A DNA stretch of 64,000 bases, taken from contig CAXHJY010001681.1 in NCBI GenBank assembly GCA_964016885.1, positions 41,033 through 105,032 on the forward strand. Direction: 5' to 3'. The notes beneath the pieces were generated by a model that was given only the letters and a program-made list of their open reading frames with translations, had not been told where the DNA came from and made no database searches. This document shows positions 1-13,679 of the stretch, piece by piece (the first letter of the stretch is position 1; each line of letters opens with the position of its first letter). This DNA is from Eledone cirrhosa. Its lineage: Eukaryota. A program made the position numbers and the translations under genes.

Positions 1-329
1 AAAATGACAAGTTAACACCTAAACCTCCAACATATAAAGCTCATCTGTCATTTATGACAGGTAAATGAAATTAACACTTTAAATTATCAGTCTTTTCATT
101 TTTACATATTGTAATATTAAATAATTTTATAAAATATATATTTGTTTTATATAATTATATAATAGTTGCACTATTTTCTGCAATTATGTTACTGTTTATC
201 ATAGTGTACAGTGTATATATTTCCAATATCCTATCCACCAAAGACAAACTAAATGAAAAAAGGCTACTGGCCCAAATAACATTCTTCTTGGGATACTTAA
301 AGATGTCTTTTGGATGAAATTATCTTGAG

Positions 330-700
330 GTTTACAAACAAGTTTCTTACAAACATGGAGAAACCTGATCAGTGCTATGAGAGCAACCTCATATAGATTC
401 CAAAATCAGGCAACCTCAGTGATCTGAGAAACTACAAAGAAACAGTGCTGCCTTCTTTAACTTTCAAAATGACAAACAGAATGTTACTGAAACCATGTTC
501 AACTTGTAATTGAATATCACCTGAGACCAAATCAAAATTACCTTTGTTGATTTTAGCAAAGTTTTTGATCGAATTCACCAACACTCAAATACTCAAAATG
601 TCAAAATCCTACTAACACACAGAATGCTTGAAGAACTGGTTTTAGCTATTGGAAAGACTTATGAAAATACAAGAATTTGTGTACTTTATGTGAACAGAAA
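330..700 (+). mobile_element. Decayed LINE (RTE-like) reverse transcriptase fragment
   Basis: Broken frames give PKSGNLSDLRNYK, FVDFSKVFDRIH and LVLAIGKTYENTR, resembling non-LTR RT motifs. Confidence 0.6.
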
Positions 701-1877
701 ATCTTAAGTTTCTTTCCCAGGGTGTGAGCACTTGTAAGAGGACACAAACAGCAGACAATTTTCTGAACCTCTATATCTCTCACGACTACTGATTAATTTC
801 CATTTATAAATGCTCCAAAACAAACAGTATATTAGCCACAGATAAATTCAATAAATGTAATGAAAAAAAAAAGGTACGAGTGTTCACGTGGGCCACATTA
901 AAAAAAAGACTTACACCTTAAAAGTTTCAAATTGAACCACCAATTTTGCTGTTCTCCAGAAGAGGTCAAAATAACCTACTTAACAGGTTAACATTAGACA
1001 GGTTCAGCATTGATTAACAGGTGTTTCATAACAGATGTGTTCTAAGCAACTGGTTATGTAGGGCTGCTATTTGATTACACACATGTAAGAAGAACACAAG
1101 AGAAGTCACAAACAATTCATTATTAGAAAGCACATGTTTAGCTTTGTCTATTACCAAAACAGCCCCCATGCCAGCAAAGCACAAAATATCTAAATGTGTT
1201 ACAGCATTATGGCTAGTAAATCAATCAATCACAATGGATACTAGCTCTAATGACAGTTTTACATATGCTTCACCGACACTGCATGATGATCTATAAATAA
1301 ACAAAGGATTATATTTTGGTCAAAGAAAAATGTTCTAGTCTAGAGTGGCAGTAGTAGTAATAATAGAAATGATGATAGTATGGTGCTATAACTTGCTCAC
1401 ATATCTGGAAGTGTGCTACTGCTACTGCTCATACAAACATCTGAGACTACATCAAAAGAAAAAAGATGTACTCTTCTTTTTGTCTCTTCTATCACTATAG
1501 TAATTGCTTCTTTTCCTCCGAGATAGCAAGCTGCCTACCATCTTCACCCAACTTACTTAAGTTCCATCTGAAGGTCAACCCCATGGATCTGGATAACATT
1601 GAGAGATGATGGGTTATGCCAACCTTAACCTGACTAAATAACAAAATCAAATAAATAAAAGTATTCTATAGAATAAACGTTATCAAAACAAATCTCTATT
1701 CCTCTCTGTCCCACATACACACTAAGTAGTGCTGAATATAACATAGTGGCTATTGTTCAAGAGATAGTTGTCTAGAGAGCAACTATTTCTAATGTGACCA
1801 TCATTTTTTAAAACATTAGGGTGTGATTTAAGGGAGATTTGGCAGACATTTCTAGCAGAATAACTGACCATGTAGAG

Positions 1878-3326
1878 CAGTGGTTTTCAGCCAAAGTGTC
1901 ATGAAAACAGATTAGAATTACCACAAACATGTTTTTCATTGTCTTTAACAAGAAATCCCATACATGAGAAGGGGAAAAAATAAAATAAAAGTGAAGGCAA
2001 TAAGACATGTCCTTTTTATTTTAACTCTCAAGTAAAGCAATTCTCAGAGTAAAAGTTAACCCCATTGAATTACAGTTTCTGAGTAATTGAGTCAATATTT
2101 TAAAATAGCCAGCTTAATATTTTGTCAGAGCTTTTGCTGTTTGCATTTCAAGTTCATCTAATGGGATTGAAAATAAAAAGGTGATTCACAGGTGGTGACA
2201 GCCTAAACAGTGAAAGTGCAACAAGAGAGCCCATGTACATCAGTAAAGGATCCTTGAGACTTAGTAAATGAGAGTGATGACAGTGTTGACCAGCTCAAAC
2301 AGTCATGTGCTCAAAAATACATGTAGGCGACAGAAGTATGGGCAGTATTTTGAATCTTATCTGTTACTCAGTTGACTTGGTATGGAAAAGAAAGCCTGTT
2401 CTTTGAGTGTCTTATTTATGCTATTCCTGAATTTCAAAAGGAAAGGCTCTATTTCACTAAAAATGTCACGAGTCAGAAGGGAGTCTATTAAGCTAGTTTT
2501 GTTGCTTCAGAACAGATTATTATGGAGATGAACAACCACAACATTGGGGGAAACTTAATTAAGACTGTTTGTAAGAAGATGCTGTGAATTATATTTGGGA
2601 ATCAGGTGGCCAATGAAACTGAAAAGAAGCCACTCTCAAATAAGGTTAGTTGTTGAGTAGAATACATATGAGATATTAAACGAATCTTTATATGCCTTTG
2701 AAGTAGATGAAATGACAGACACAATTGGAAAATGTTACTCAATGAGATTTCTTAGGTTTGTTTAGGGAAATTTTATATCTAACCAATTTTTGTTCCTCGA
2801 CCTTACTAACAGGGAAAACGGACATTAAATGATAAATGTTGATGAATGATAAAAGAACTTAACAACAGTCACAAGTAAAGATATTTTTGAAACTGTTGAC
2901 TTGAGCTTCACAGCTCATAGAATACCTTGGAATAAGTGAGTTGGAATTTACATTGATGGCGCTCCAAGCATGACTGGTGTTATCAAGCAGGTTTGAAATG
3001 TCAGCAAGAAACATGAACCCAGATATAGTTACAATTGACTGTTTCATTCACCAAGAAATTCTAATGATTAAGAAATTGAACAGTGAATTGCAAGCTGTTC
3101 TCCATGCCATTTAACATGATTCAACATGCTGTAATGTAGTAAAGTTTATTTTATTGCATTAAATATCAGTTATTTTACAAACATAAAAACCAATAAACTT
3201 CCTTTTCTCTTCTAAACTTACTATTTTCTTTATGATTGTGATAGGCAGCAATAGAAATGGGGCGCTATGTATGTATAATATACATAATTAGGTGTTCCAA
3301 GAAAGAAAAAAAGTTCAGAACCTTTG
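1878..3326 (+). mobile_element. Decayed hAT (Charlie/ZBED-like) DNA transposon
   Basis: Ends CAGTGGTTTTCAGCC and AAGTTCAGAACCTTTG resemble hAT TIRs. Internal broken frames include VDEMTD, IDGAPSMTG and TIDCFIHQE (hAT DDE and CxxH motifs). No clean 8-bp TSD. Confidence 0.7.
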
Positions 3327-3759
3327 ATATGAAGTCTCCCCTTGATATTCCTAGATACATTATACCTGAACAAAAGAACTCTTTGGTCATAGGTCTACTT
3401 AATCAGGGCTGACTTGAGATTTAACAACAAAAGTTATTTTCTTTGTGTACATAAAGTAGACTATATGAATCATGTGTAAGAAGTGTAATACTGTATGGTA
3501 GAGAACATGGACAATGAATACAGAGGATCTACATTCACAAAACAGAAAATGGGTGGATGGAGAAGAAAAAGTGTAATTTGGAAAATGCCCAATGTTAGGT
3601 TATACAAGGTTATCTCATTTATTGAACTATGCCCAGCTATAGTTTCCACATAGTGGCAAACTCACTACTGGACTAGAAGCAATCCAACAGCCCTGACATA
3701 AGCATCCTGTAATTATTTAGCAGAAAATGTCTAAGAATGGAGTCAGTTAATTCAAATGT

Positions 3760-4140
3760 TTATAAAATCTTTACAAGCGGAAAGATCATTGTGAATATTT
3801 AGTGTAAAGACTTTATTTTTAATGTGATGCTGTCATAGTGCTGTGTTGTACTTTTCAAGAATGTCTTGCTAATGTAGATGTAAAAGACAAGCTCCCTTTC
3901 TTCAGTGCAGTATTCATGCTAACCCTTACCTATGGTTATGGATGTCGAGTAATGATTGAAAGAATACAACCGTAAATACAAGCGGCTGAAATGAGGTTCC
4001 TCCAGTATTTAGAGTAACATTACTTGATGAGAGTACATAGCTCAGAGATCAGAGAGTCACTCAAGGTAGAGCTGCTAGTTCTCTGAATTGAGAGATCACA
4101 GCTCTTATAGTACGGGTATGTGGTTAGAAAGAATTGCTGG
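3760..4140 (+). mobile_element. RTE-like LINE 3' ORF fragment
   Basis: IQAAEMRFLQ, SSEIRESLKVE and IERSQL resemble the RTE C-terminal region. A related fragment lies at 8210-8620 on the minus strand. Confidence 0.6.
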
Positions 4141-4920
4141 ATAGATTTTGTAGATAATATTTCATAATAGGGATTCAAATTGTCCATATTCTTCATTGTA
4201 TGTTCCACACTATTGTCACTATGAGAATCAAGATTATACTAGAAGTGGACTGGCCCAGACAATGGATTATACTAGGAACAGAATATTATACAAGAAAGTA
4301 AATTGCACTCTTACACTTCATTAGAAGTTGGAACTGTTGACAGTCATGTATGTTACATATAGAAGTCACAAAGCATTCTCTAGCCATACAACTTATCAGA
4401 AACAATTTAACATCTGAGCTATGTGGTTTGCTTGGTGTTTTCTTTACAGCCTGGACCTTATAGAGCAAGGTCTGGCAGAGATGAAAACAGCTCACCAATA
4501 TCTTTCCACATCACATTAGGGATCTACATAAAGTAGATCTATCACATTCAACATTCAAACAGCATTTGAACATTCTAGTGTAAGATTCCAGGAGAACCAA
4601 CATCATCACAACTGACACATTAGCATTTAACAACTGACGCAGTAGCATTTACCCCAATTATTCACCTAATAACTTATCTATGATTTTGTGTGTAGATGTG
4701 TGTGTGAATAATTGAGTTGCGAATTATCTATTTTCACCATTATTTTTTAATTAATTACTTATTATTAATGATTTAAGTCTTATTATTTACATATTGTAGG
4801 TAGCAAAATACTGGCATATTGCTGGTACACAGCACTGATTCATACAGCCCCGCACCCGTCATTCAAATTTTTAGTCTATTAGACAATCAGAATTACACCC
4901 TTTGGGTTGTATCCCAGCAC

Positions 4921-5099
4921 CACCTATGTAGCAATATGGAGACAGCCTCTGTCTCAAAGTACCTCCATGTAGCATCATGGAGACAGCTTCTATCTTAAAC
5001 TACCATGTTGAAGCACCATGGAGATGGCCTGTTTCAAACAATCTCCATGTTGCACTGTGGAGACAGCCTTTATCTTAAACTACCTCAATGCAGCACCAT
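4921..5099. repeat. Degenerate ~40-bp minisatellite, about 4.5 units
   Basis: Recurring unit ACCTCCATGTAGCA..ATGGAGACAGC.T.TATCTTAAACT. Confidence 0.75.
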
Positions 5100-5331
5100 C
5101 TCTTTTGATATGTTCCAGATGATAACTGCCATAAAGTGTTACACAGAACATTCATAAAGCATAGAGAGGACATACTATGGTCTTGTATATGCTTCAATGC
5201 AATTCAAGCATTTTTGACATTGAATGGAGATAAAGCTGGCCAGGGACAGCAACTATTGAAGCACAGATGAACTGTTCGGTGACTACTATGTTTAAAATGC
5301 AGTTTTTATAGTCATGTCAATATTAGTATGT

Positions 5332-5476
5332 ACTAGCAGAATGGCCCGGCGTTGCTCAGGATTTGCTCTAGGGTTCTTATATATTTGATATATATTTATC
5401 CTTATTGAGCCTCGTGAAATAAATACGTCTGTTTATATTTTGTTATTGTGTATGCAAAAATCTGTACACAAATATA

Positions 5477-5513
<37 letters not shown>

Positions 5514-5948
5514 CAGATTAAAGTTTAAGCAAAGAATCGCTGCTTTCACGCTTAACGGGATCTTCTGAAACTAAAAAAATCAATCTGTGAACGCAGAAGT
5601 AAATATTTCGGAAAACGTTACAGACTATGTATGTGTGTATATATATATATACACACACACAGGTAGTGTCATAATGTCATAATGCAGACATACAGACAGA
5701 TATTATAAGGGTGCAACGTTATATCTATGTTTCTATCTAAAAAGAAAGACTAAGAATTATAGAGAGAGATCGCTAAATCGACTAATGCGGCCCCTAGGGC
5801 ATTGAAAATTTGAAATTTCTTTTGCTCAAAACACTCACAGGACCATAAGTATTACATGTGTAAAGTTTGAAAACAATCGGTTGGGTGGTTCTCGAGTTTT
5901 AGGGAGTCAGACAGACAGACATACATTCTCTGTTTTAAATATATAGAT
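5332..5948 (+). mobile_element. HINE/DINE-1-like non-autonomous Helentron-type element
   Basis: Starts ACTAGCAGAATGGCCCGGCGTTGCTCAGG and ends (ACAG)n-ACATTCTCTGTTTTAAATATATAGAT. A homologous inverted copy lies at 58312-58903. Confidence 0.65.
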
Positions 5949-8209
5949 GAAACACTAATGGTACACTAGTAAATAGGAAAGAACATTATTATGACTCCTT
6001 ATGTAAAACAAGACTTTTTAAAGAGCATTTGAATCCAATTACTAACAACAGAAAAAAATGAATGAAATGTTGGTGGGTTATAAAGAGTGAATACATTGCT
6101 GGCAACATACACTAGGCAAGCGCACGAAATGGAGTACTAAAGTATGGAAGATTTGTAAGGTGAACACTAGTTACCACTGTTGTTTTAATTTTTATATGAT
6201 GAAGAAAGGCAGGTAATAAATGCTGACAATACCTGGTTTAGTGTATAGTAAATATGAGTGCTGTGAATGTTTGTTTTGTTATACTACACACCAAATCAGA
6301 AATGGTGATTGCAAGACTGAACAGATGTAGTAACACTATTCAGGTCTGGCTAGTTATCCCAAAAAATAAATGTGATAAAAGCAAAAGCCTGCCAGAGAGA
6401 AACACCTCTGTATTCAGCAAATGTCCAGAAAACAGTGAAACAAGAGACTGTACAGAAAATACCAACATCAGAAAAGGATGACTTTCTAATATGCATTCTG
6501 TAAGATTGCATTAAATAGAACTGTACAGCTTTCCATGAAAATTCTGTATAATTTAATTTCATAGAATAGCTGTTTTTTAAATTCACCTGTAAAGTGAGTG
6601 ATAAATTATGCTCAATTATATTTGTGAATATCTTGTATAACTGAAACATTATTGCATATGTATTTTTGTATGTGTGTGAAAATATATTTCATTTTGTAGT
6701 TTTATTTAAACATTTTAATAAATTCCAGTATTTCATGCTATTTTAGCTTTATAGCGTACCTGCTTTATATGCATGCAAGTTCAATAAAGAATCTAATAGT
6801 GTGCAGAACTCTTCTATACAACAATTCAGTTATATATCACAATTGAATGTTAACTAATAACTAACTCTTGTTATATGGTGATATTCAAAGGAAATTTAAA
6901 TAATTTTAAATTTCACTGAATTTACCTCTTTTTATCTGTAATTAAAGTAGTTTTAAGGCAGAAATGTCATCATAGATTATATAATGTTTTGTTAAGTTGT
7001 CTCTCCAATGCAACATTCATGTATCAATAAACAAACAAAAAAAAACTTCTTTTACAAAACCAGTCTAAGTTCTTGATAATTTTACAATTTAACTGAGACA
7101 TATAAGGAGTGTATTTTAGTTAGAAATTTAGTAGCAAACAGGATACTTGTTCGTGTGTGTGTGTGTGTGTGTACACATACATTCCTATTAGTGCATATAT
7201 ACGTATGTGTGTGTGAGTAAAATGTGTGCGTGGATCATTTGTCTGAGATGATTGGCAGGTAATTTGAGCAGGAATTAGTTTTTGGAAGGAATCCATGGTG
7301 TGAAATGCCATCATCTAGCTTTGTTGGTGATATTCTAGTAAACGCATAAGATGTAGCAATGATGATATGCAACAAGGGATGGCTAGGTTAATCTGTAGAA
7401 GCTGAAGCTAGGTTGCAGCAACAATTAATTCTGTCGCAAGAATTTGACACCATATTGATTGCAGTGAGGTTGATGTCAAAACTTATTTTTCTCACCTGAA
7501 AGATGGAATATGTAACATTGCTGCTGCTGTGGTGGTAATAGTGAGGTTGGGGATAAGGAGTATTGTGGTGGTGGCAGCATAGGTGAGTAAGTGGTGGTTG
7601 GTGGTGGCATAGGTGAGTAGATGGGGGTGGTGGCATAGGTGACAGTTGAGTTGGTGGTAGTGGTGATGGGTATTGTGGTGGTGGTGTTGGTGGGTATGGG
7701 TGTAAGAGACTTAAATTGTCTGGTTTTATCTCAAACTGTAGAAAATAGTCTAAGTGGAGGTTGAAAGGTGGGAAATGTTTCCTCTTGTTGTGAGCAATAT
7801 TTTGGCAGGTTTCCATCAGACAGACATCTTTTGACAACAGTTTATGACAGTGGTTAACACAAATTCCTATTTCTCACCATTTCCAACAGCAATCCTTTCA
7901 AGTTTTTGTTACTTTTAATATTTCAGCCCAACTTATACATATTAATGAGCAGGAGTTTCTCCCTCTCTCACTCCCATGTGTGTGTCCTTTTATTACTCTC
8001 CCCACTTAAATGTAACATTTGAAAAATATGTTAACAGTTTCTGGTGCCAATTAATAATATATAATTGTTGCAAGCAAAACAGAATTGTTTCAGTGATCTT
8101 GCATTCTTCTATCACAAAATGGATCTATTTGGTCAATATAGAACAGGAAAGCATCATTAATTACTCCAAACTTCATTCTGCCATGGTGTGTGTGTGTGTC
8201 TTCTTTTTT

Positions 8210-8620
8210 GCCCACTTCTTCTTGGGAAGGTAGGGTCGTTGGGATAGCATCCTCAAACCTACCTTCCAGTGGGTCCTGTCAGAAGCAATTGTCTCCAATT
8301 GATCCAGCTGGATCCCCAAATAAGACCAGCTGAGCTCATAGATGTTATCCAACGATCTTACTCAGGGTCTACCCTGGGTCTCTTTCCAGTTGGTTTTGCC
8401 TGTAAAATCTGTCCAGTGTTTCGTTCTTAGACATTCTGACCACATGTCCATAGTTGTGATCTCTCAATTTGGAGGAGGAGTGGCTCTACCTGAAGTGACT
8501 CGCTGATCTCTAAGCTACACACTATCAAGTCATGTTATCCCAAAGACACTTCGGAGGCATCCCATTTCGGCCACTTGTATTCATGATCATATTTTTTCAA
8601 CCATTACTCAATGACTGTAG
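8210..8620 (-). mobile_element. RTE-like LINE 3' fragment
   Basis: Minus frames give IQVAEMGCLR, EPLLLQIERSQL and ASDRTHWK. Same family as 3760-4140. Confidence 0.6.
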
Positions 8621-8785
8621 CTAGATCCAAACAGTTCGATTCTAGCTGTCGAAATGGCCAGAGCTCATCTGTTGGAGTCCTGACTCTTTTCCTATTACCC
8701 ACTCTACTACCCTAAGTATCGAGTACTCTGGTGTGTCATGGTCCACCTGGTATCTTACCACAATTTCTTTGTTTTATATATATAT

Positions 8786-9061
8786 ATATGTTAACCTTGG
8801 TCTTCCTCTTCCAGTGTGTCCATGTAGGGGCTCCCACAGGAGCACTGAGTGCAATGTCAACTCTGGATGTCGGTGAGCATGTCCAGCTAACCTCAGTCTC
8901 CTCTGTGTCACTTTTGAGCTGACTTTTGGGTGGTTAACGATGTTGATGCCCTAAGGACAGACACTGGTCTGTTGGAGACGCAGGACATGGCAGCGATAAT
9001 GAGGGACAGAGACCGCTGGAGAGAACTCGTCCATGGATCTCGGGAATTTTACCCGCCCTAG
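8786..9061 (+). mobile_element. 5'-inverted, truncated RTE LINE 3' end inserted in (TA)n
   Basis: 8786-8938 on the minus strand encodes PKVSSKVTQRRLRLAGHAHRHPE...GRGRPRLTY. 8940-9061 on the plus strand continues VDALRTDTG...RDRDRWRELVHGSREFYPP*. Confidence 0.8.
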
Positions 9062-9544
9062 ATATATATATATATACTTAAGGTAAACATTGATGCAATT
9101 CAATTCAAGCACTCAACGTACTTTTTCCACATAGGAGCGACGGAGTATATATCGAATAAGAAAAATCAAAGTAGTTTCAGATCTTAAAGTCCTTTAATGA
9201 TAATGCTGTGATACATATTTCAATGACGACAGTGGCCACACGCTTCGGTGTACCCAGTCTCGTGACATCATCAGACAGCTTCTTACATAAGAAGTTATGT
9301 TTCCAAGGCAATCCAAATTGAATCAACAGGGGAACGGACAAAGCATGTGCTCTTGAATCCTTCGTCCGTTCCCTTGTGAGGCCCAATTCACTCCAACTGG
9401 TCTGCGCAGGCGCAAGTCCGAAGGAAGTTGACCATCCACTACCCCAAAGTTCTACGAAACTCCCGTAGGCAGGTCCCCCTCTCAACCAAACGATGACCCC
9501 TATCAATTCAATTTGAATTGCCTCGAATATATACCCCGAATTAA

Positions 9545-12500
9545 TAAATGAATATGAATCCGCGAATTACCAAGCATCTATACAAAGCTTCAATTCAGAG
9601 ACAGGAAGCATACACACTCCTCCACAAAAATTCACCGTTTCCCACGAGTGATGGCAAATGCCCAAAACTCAGAGTTGGCACCATCAATGTAAGCACAATG
9701 AATGGAAGAGCAGGAGAAATTGTAGAGATGCTAGAGCGAAAGGAAATTGATGTGCCCGTGTGCAAGAGACTAGATGGAGAGGAGAGTCCGCTATAGTCCT
9801 TGTAGGTAAAAGTCAGTGCTATAAATTTTTCTGGGTGGGAAATAACAACGGGATAGGTGGTGTAGGTATACTATTAGCCGACGAATGGGTAGATAAGGTA
9901 ATCTCAGTGAACAGGGTGAATACAAGAATCATTAAACTCAGACTAATCCTGAATAAAACAATTGCCACAATAATATCAGCTCACACACCCCAATCGGGGT
10001 TGCCAAATGAACTTGAGGATAGATTTTACAAGTCCCTAACAAATGACAATGACTTACTAATCATTGCAGGAAATTTTAATGGACACGCTGGTAAACACCG
10101 GGATGGCTTCTATAGAGTCCACGGAGGACACAGATTTGACACAAGAAATGAAGAAGGCTTCAGGCTTCTAGAATTCTGCAATGCCAATGACATGTTGATA
10201 TGTAACACAAACTTAAAAAAACCCGACAACCATCTGATCACCTATAGATAAGGAGAGCATTCTAGTCAGATAGCTTTTATCCTCATCAGAGGACACGATA
10301 GATGGACGGTTGTAAACACAAAAGCCTTCCCTGGTGAGGAATGTACCTCCCAACATGTGTACTTAGCAAGAAGGGAAGCGGAGGTTAGAAAATTCAAGCA
10401 TGTTTTGCAACGTGAGGACCTGAAGCAGGAGGTGTTCAAAATTGTGAGGCATGTGTCAGAGAGAATTGTGATGTCATTGGAGAGAGGCGTATCTGGAATG
10501 ATAAAGGTGAGCTTGCCCTCACAAGTGCTGAGAAGAAAGATGTGTAGAAGAGCAATTATGAAAGATTACTAAATTAGGAGAATGCATGGGAAAAAGAGAC
10601 CGTACCCCAAGTGGACTCTATAGATGGGCCAGCAGGTCAAGTGAGCTGCAGCATAGTAAGTAAGGCAATCAAAGATATGAAGACTGGGAAGGCAACCGGT
10701 CCATCGGGTATAGCTGCCGAGATGCTGAAGGCATGGGTCGGTAGGTCATACCATAACCACACGTACTGTTAACTAGGTAATACTAGAGGGTGTCATACCA
10801 AAGGATTGGCGCAGCAGCATCATTGTCAACTGCTACAAGGGTAAAGGTGATGCACTAGATAGAGGAAACTATAGAGGTATAAAGCTGATGGACCAGGGCA
10901 TGAAAGTAATGGAAAGAGTTATAGCACAGTTGATTAGGGACTGGGTAAAACTAGATGAGATACAATTTGGGTTTGTGCCAGGAAAAGGCACCACTGACGC
11001 CCTCTTTCTTGTGAGGCAGTTACAGGAAAAGTACCTAGCTAAAATTAAGCTGCTCTAACTGGCATTCGTCGATCTGGAAAAAGCCTTCGGCAGAGTCCCC
11101 CATGCTATAATCTGGTGGGCTCTTAGAAAACTAGGAGTAGATGAATAGCTTGTGAAAGCTGTACAAGCCATGTATAGGGGAGAAGTCAGCAAAGTTAGGG
11201 TTAGCAATGACTATAGCAAGGAATTTAGCATACAGGTCGGTGTCCACCAGGGCTCTGTTCTTAGCCCTCTCCTGTTCATTACAGTTTTGCAAGCAATAAC
11301 GGAGGAGTTTAAGATCGGATGCCCATAGGAACTCCTATATGTGGATGATCTCACACATAGCTGAAGCTATGGTGGAACTAAAGAAGAAATTCCAAACATG
11401 GAAGCAGGGACTAGAAAGAAAGGGTCTCGAAGTCAACCTAACAAAGACTAAGGTCCTTGTAAGTAGACGAGAAAACAGAACCCCTCTGGGAAATGGCCTT
11501 GCTCAGTATGTAGGAAAGATGTAGGTAGGAACTCCATTCTCTGCCCCAAATGCAAACAATGGGTACATAAGAGATGTAGTGGGATCTCAGGAAGCTTAAC
11601 TAAGAATGTAGGCTTCACATGTAGCAACTGTGCTGTGACAGCAAGCAGCAAACAGCCACAGGAAACAAGTACCACCAAACTCTGGGAAGACTCTGTAGAA
11701 ACAGTAGACAGCTTCTGCTACCCAGGTGACTGAATTAGCAGCGGAGGTGGGTGTTCAGAAAGTACAATAACTAGGGCAAGAACGGGATGGAAGAAGTTCA
11801 GGGAGCTACTGCCACTGCTAGCTGCAAAAGGCTTCTCCCTCAAAATGAAAGGCAGACTGTATGATGCTTATATATGAACAGCAATGTTACATGGTAGTGA
11901 GACCTGGGCTTGAGACTGGTTGCATTGGTATGGACATGTGATGCGTATGAAGGATGACAGCTGCATAAAAAGCTGCAGAGCACTAGAAGTCGATGGAAGC
12001 CGCGGAATGGGGAAACCCAAGAAGACCAGGGATGAGGTGATAAAAGCCGACCTTACCCAATTGCACCTCTCAAAGGTGATGACACATGACCATGACCTCT
12101 GGCGTCACACAGTAATACAGAAGACCTGACTTCCAATGGGTACAAGCCGAAGCTGAAGCATATAGACAGTACGCCCCAACCCCCTCACATTGCAAAGTGG
12201 TCGTGGAGGTGCCACATCAAAAAAGCACCCAGCCCACACTGTAAAGTGGACGTGTAGGCGCCACAGAAAAAAAGCACCCAGCACTCACTGTAAATGAGGT
12301 TCGTGTTAGGAAGGGCATCCAGCTGTAGAAATCAAGCCAGAATCAGTTCCCGTATGAGCAAGACAAGGTCGGCCGACCAGACACTGCCCACAACAGGACA
12401 ACCCGTCTAACCCATGCTAGTGTGGAAGAAAGGACGTAAAATGATGATGACCCTTGCAAGCAGGGAAGAGTGGACGTAAAATGATGATGATGATGATGAT
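9545..12500 (+). mobile_element. RTE-clade LINE, near full length, disrupted (APE endonuclease, RT, PHD-like finger, (GAT)n tail)
   Basis: LRVGTINV, QETRWRG and IIAGNFNGH (APE); RT region with stops; two internal deletions (near 10356 and 11911) relative to the copy at 38491; (GAT)n tail. The 5' UTR probably extends to about 9230. Confidence 0.93.
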
Positions 12501-13029
12501 GATAACCCATGCAAACATGTAATAGTGGACTTAAAAATGATGATGATGAGTGTGAGAGAGAGTAGGCAATGTATTTGTTTTGCAAGACTTTTTTTTATAT
12601 AAAATTATGTGTTGAAACAGATATTGTTATATTTGGGGAGGGCCATGTTGTCCTAATATTGCCAAAAAATAGTAAAACACACTGTTTGGTTTGGTTTTCA
12701 GCATATTTTTATATTGCTATATATTTTCATAAGTAATTTAGCTGGCAACCAATGTTTATCCTTGATTGACCAACAGTCAAAATTATAAATATAAATACAA
12801 TGTGACATCTTCAGTGATTATTGGTGTGTTTTCTCCCGTTGTGTACCTATAATGTTTTTTTTTTGTCTGTGTGCATGTATTCCATTTGGTGTGTGTTCGT
12901 ATCTGAGTCTGCGTGTGTGTTTTTAATCTATCTTTGGTCATTAGTGTGTGTTTGTGTGTGGGTGTTGTTATTGTATCTGTGTATATTTATATTCTATCTT
13001 AGATCACTAGTGTGTCTTTGTGTTTGGTT

Positions 13030-13480
13030 GTTGTAATTTCATTCATGTTTTCTGTTCAACCTAGGTTTTCTTAATTATATTTATGTAGCCTCCTTAATTT
13101 ATTTAATTGTTGAATCATTCCTATGTTTAGATGTTATTTTAACTTCTATGTTGTCTATCTTACCATCATGTTTTAGTCTGGCGTATTCATATAGTAGCGA
13201 ATTGTCTTTTTGTTCTTTTAGTTCACTCCAGTGTTCATCTATTCTCTTTCCTATGATACAGGCTGTCTCTCTTATGTACATTGTTGTCATGTTTCTGCAG
13301 GCACCCTCTGTACATCTTATGCTATAGACTACATTTCTAGTTTTACAATTTATTTGTGGACTTACTCTACATATTACACATTTCTTATTTGTACAACGGA
13401 TTTTCTTAACGGGGTAAGTTTTACTGATCAGGGATTTTATGGTAGTTCCTGGCTTTTCTACCACTTTGATATTTAAATAG
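13030..13480 (-). mobile_element. Penelope-like element GIY-YIG endonuclease fragment
   Basis: ORF 13099-13464 reads CxxC...NVVYSIRC...C...MYIRET...KRIDEH. Beyond the stop the frame continues IKEA...KPRLNRKHE, typical of a PLE endonuclease end. Confidence 0.82.
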
Positions 13481-13679
13481 GTTTTTTCTTATGTATGTAT
13501 ATTTATCTATATGTGTGTGTGTTTATATGTATGTGTAAAAGCAAAGAGATAACCGAATAGTTCCCCCCACACTATTTTCATACCTTTAGCCTTATATAGT
13601 AAGGCAATACTGCCAAACATCACCTGTGGGTCATAGTCATTGTGCAACTAGCAGGTTTTTTTACTTGCAGCACTTCAAG

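Noticed and set aside
905-990. GEQQNWW on the minus strand before a gtaagt, reminiscent of CaMKII GDQQAWF
   Set aside because: Flanking residues and donor position do not fit CaMKII, and the intervening exons are missing.
4921-5099. Regularly spaced repeats (also 56720-56870) as a CRISPR-like array
   Set aside because: Degenerate tandem minisatellites without unique spacers, in eukaryotic DNA with no cas genes.
5960-6480. Possible piggyBac-like transposase remnant (NVGGL..NTLLATY..KRTKW)
   Set aside because: Similarity too weak to call without a profile search.
7388-7837. 149-aa Pro/His-rich ORF
   Set aside because: Produced by a GGT-rich low-complexity tract with no recognisable domain.
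12760-12820. Hammerhead after the minus-strand GIY-YIG fragment (CTGAAGA-TGTCA...TGAC)
   Set aside because: GAAA is missing, so it is at best a dead relic.
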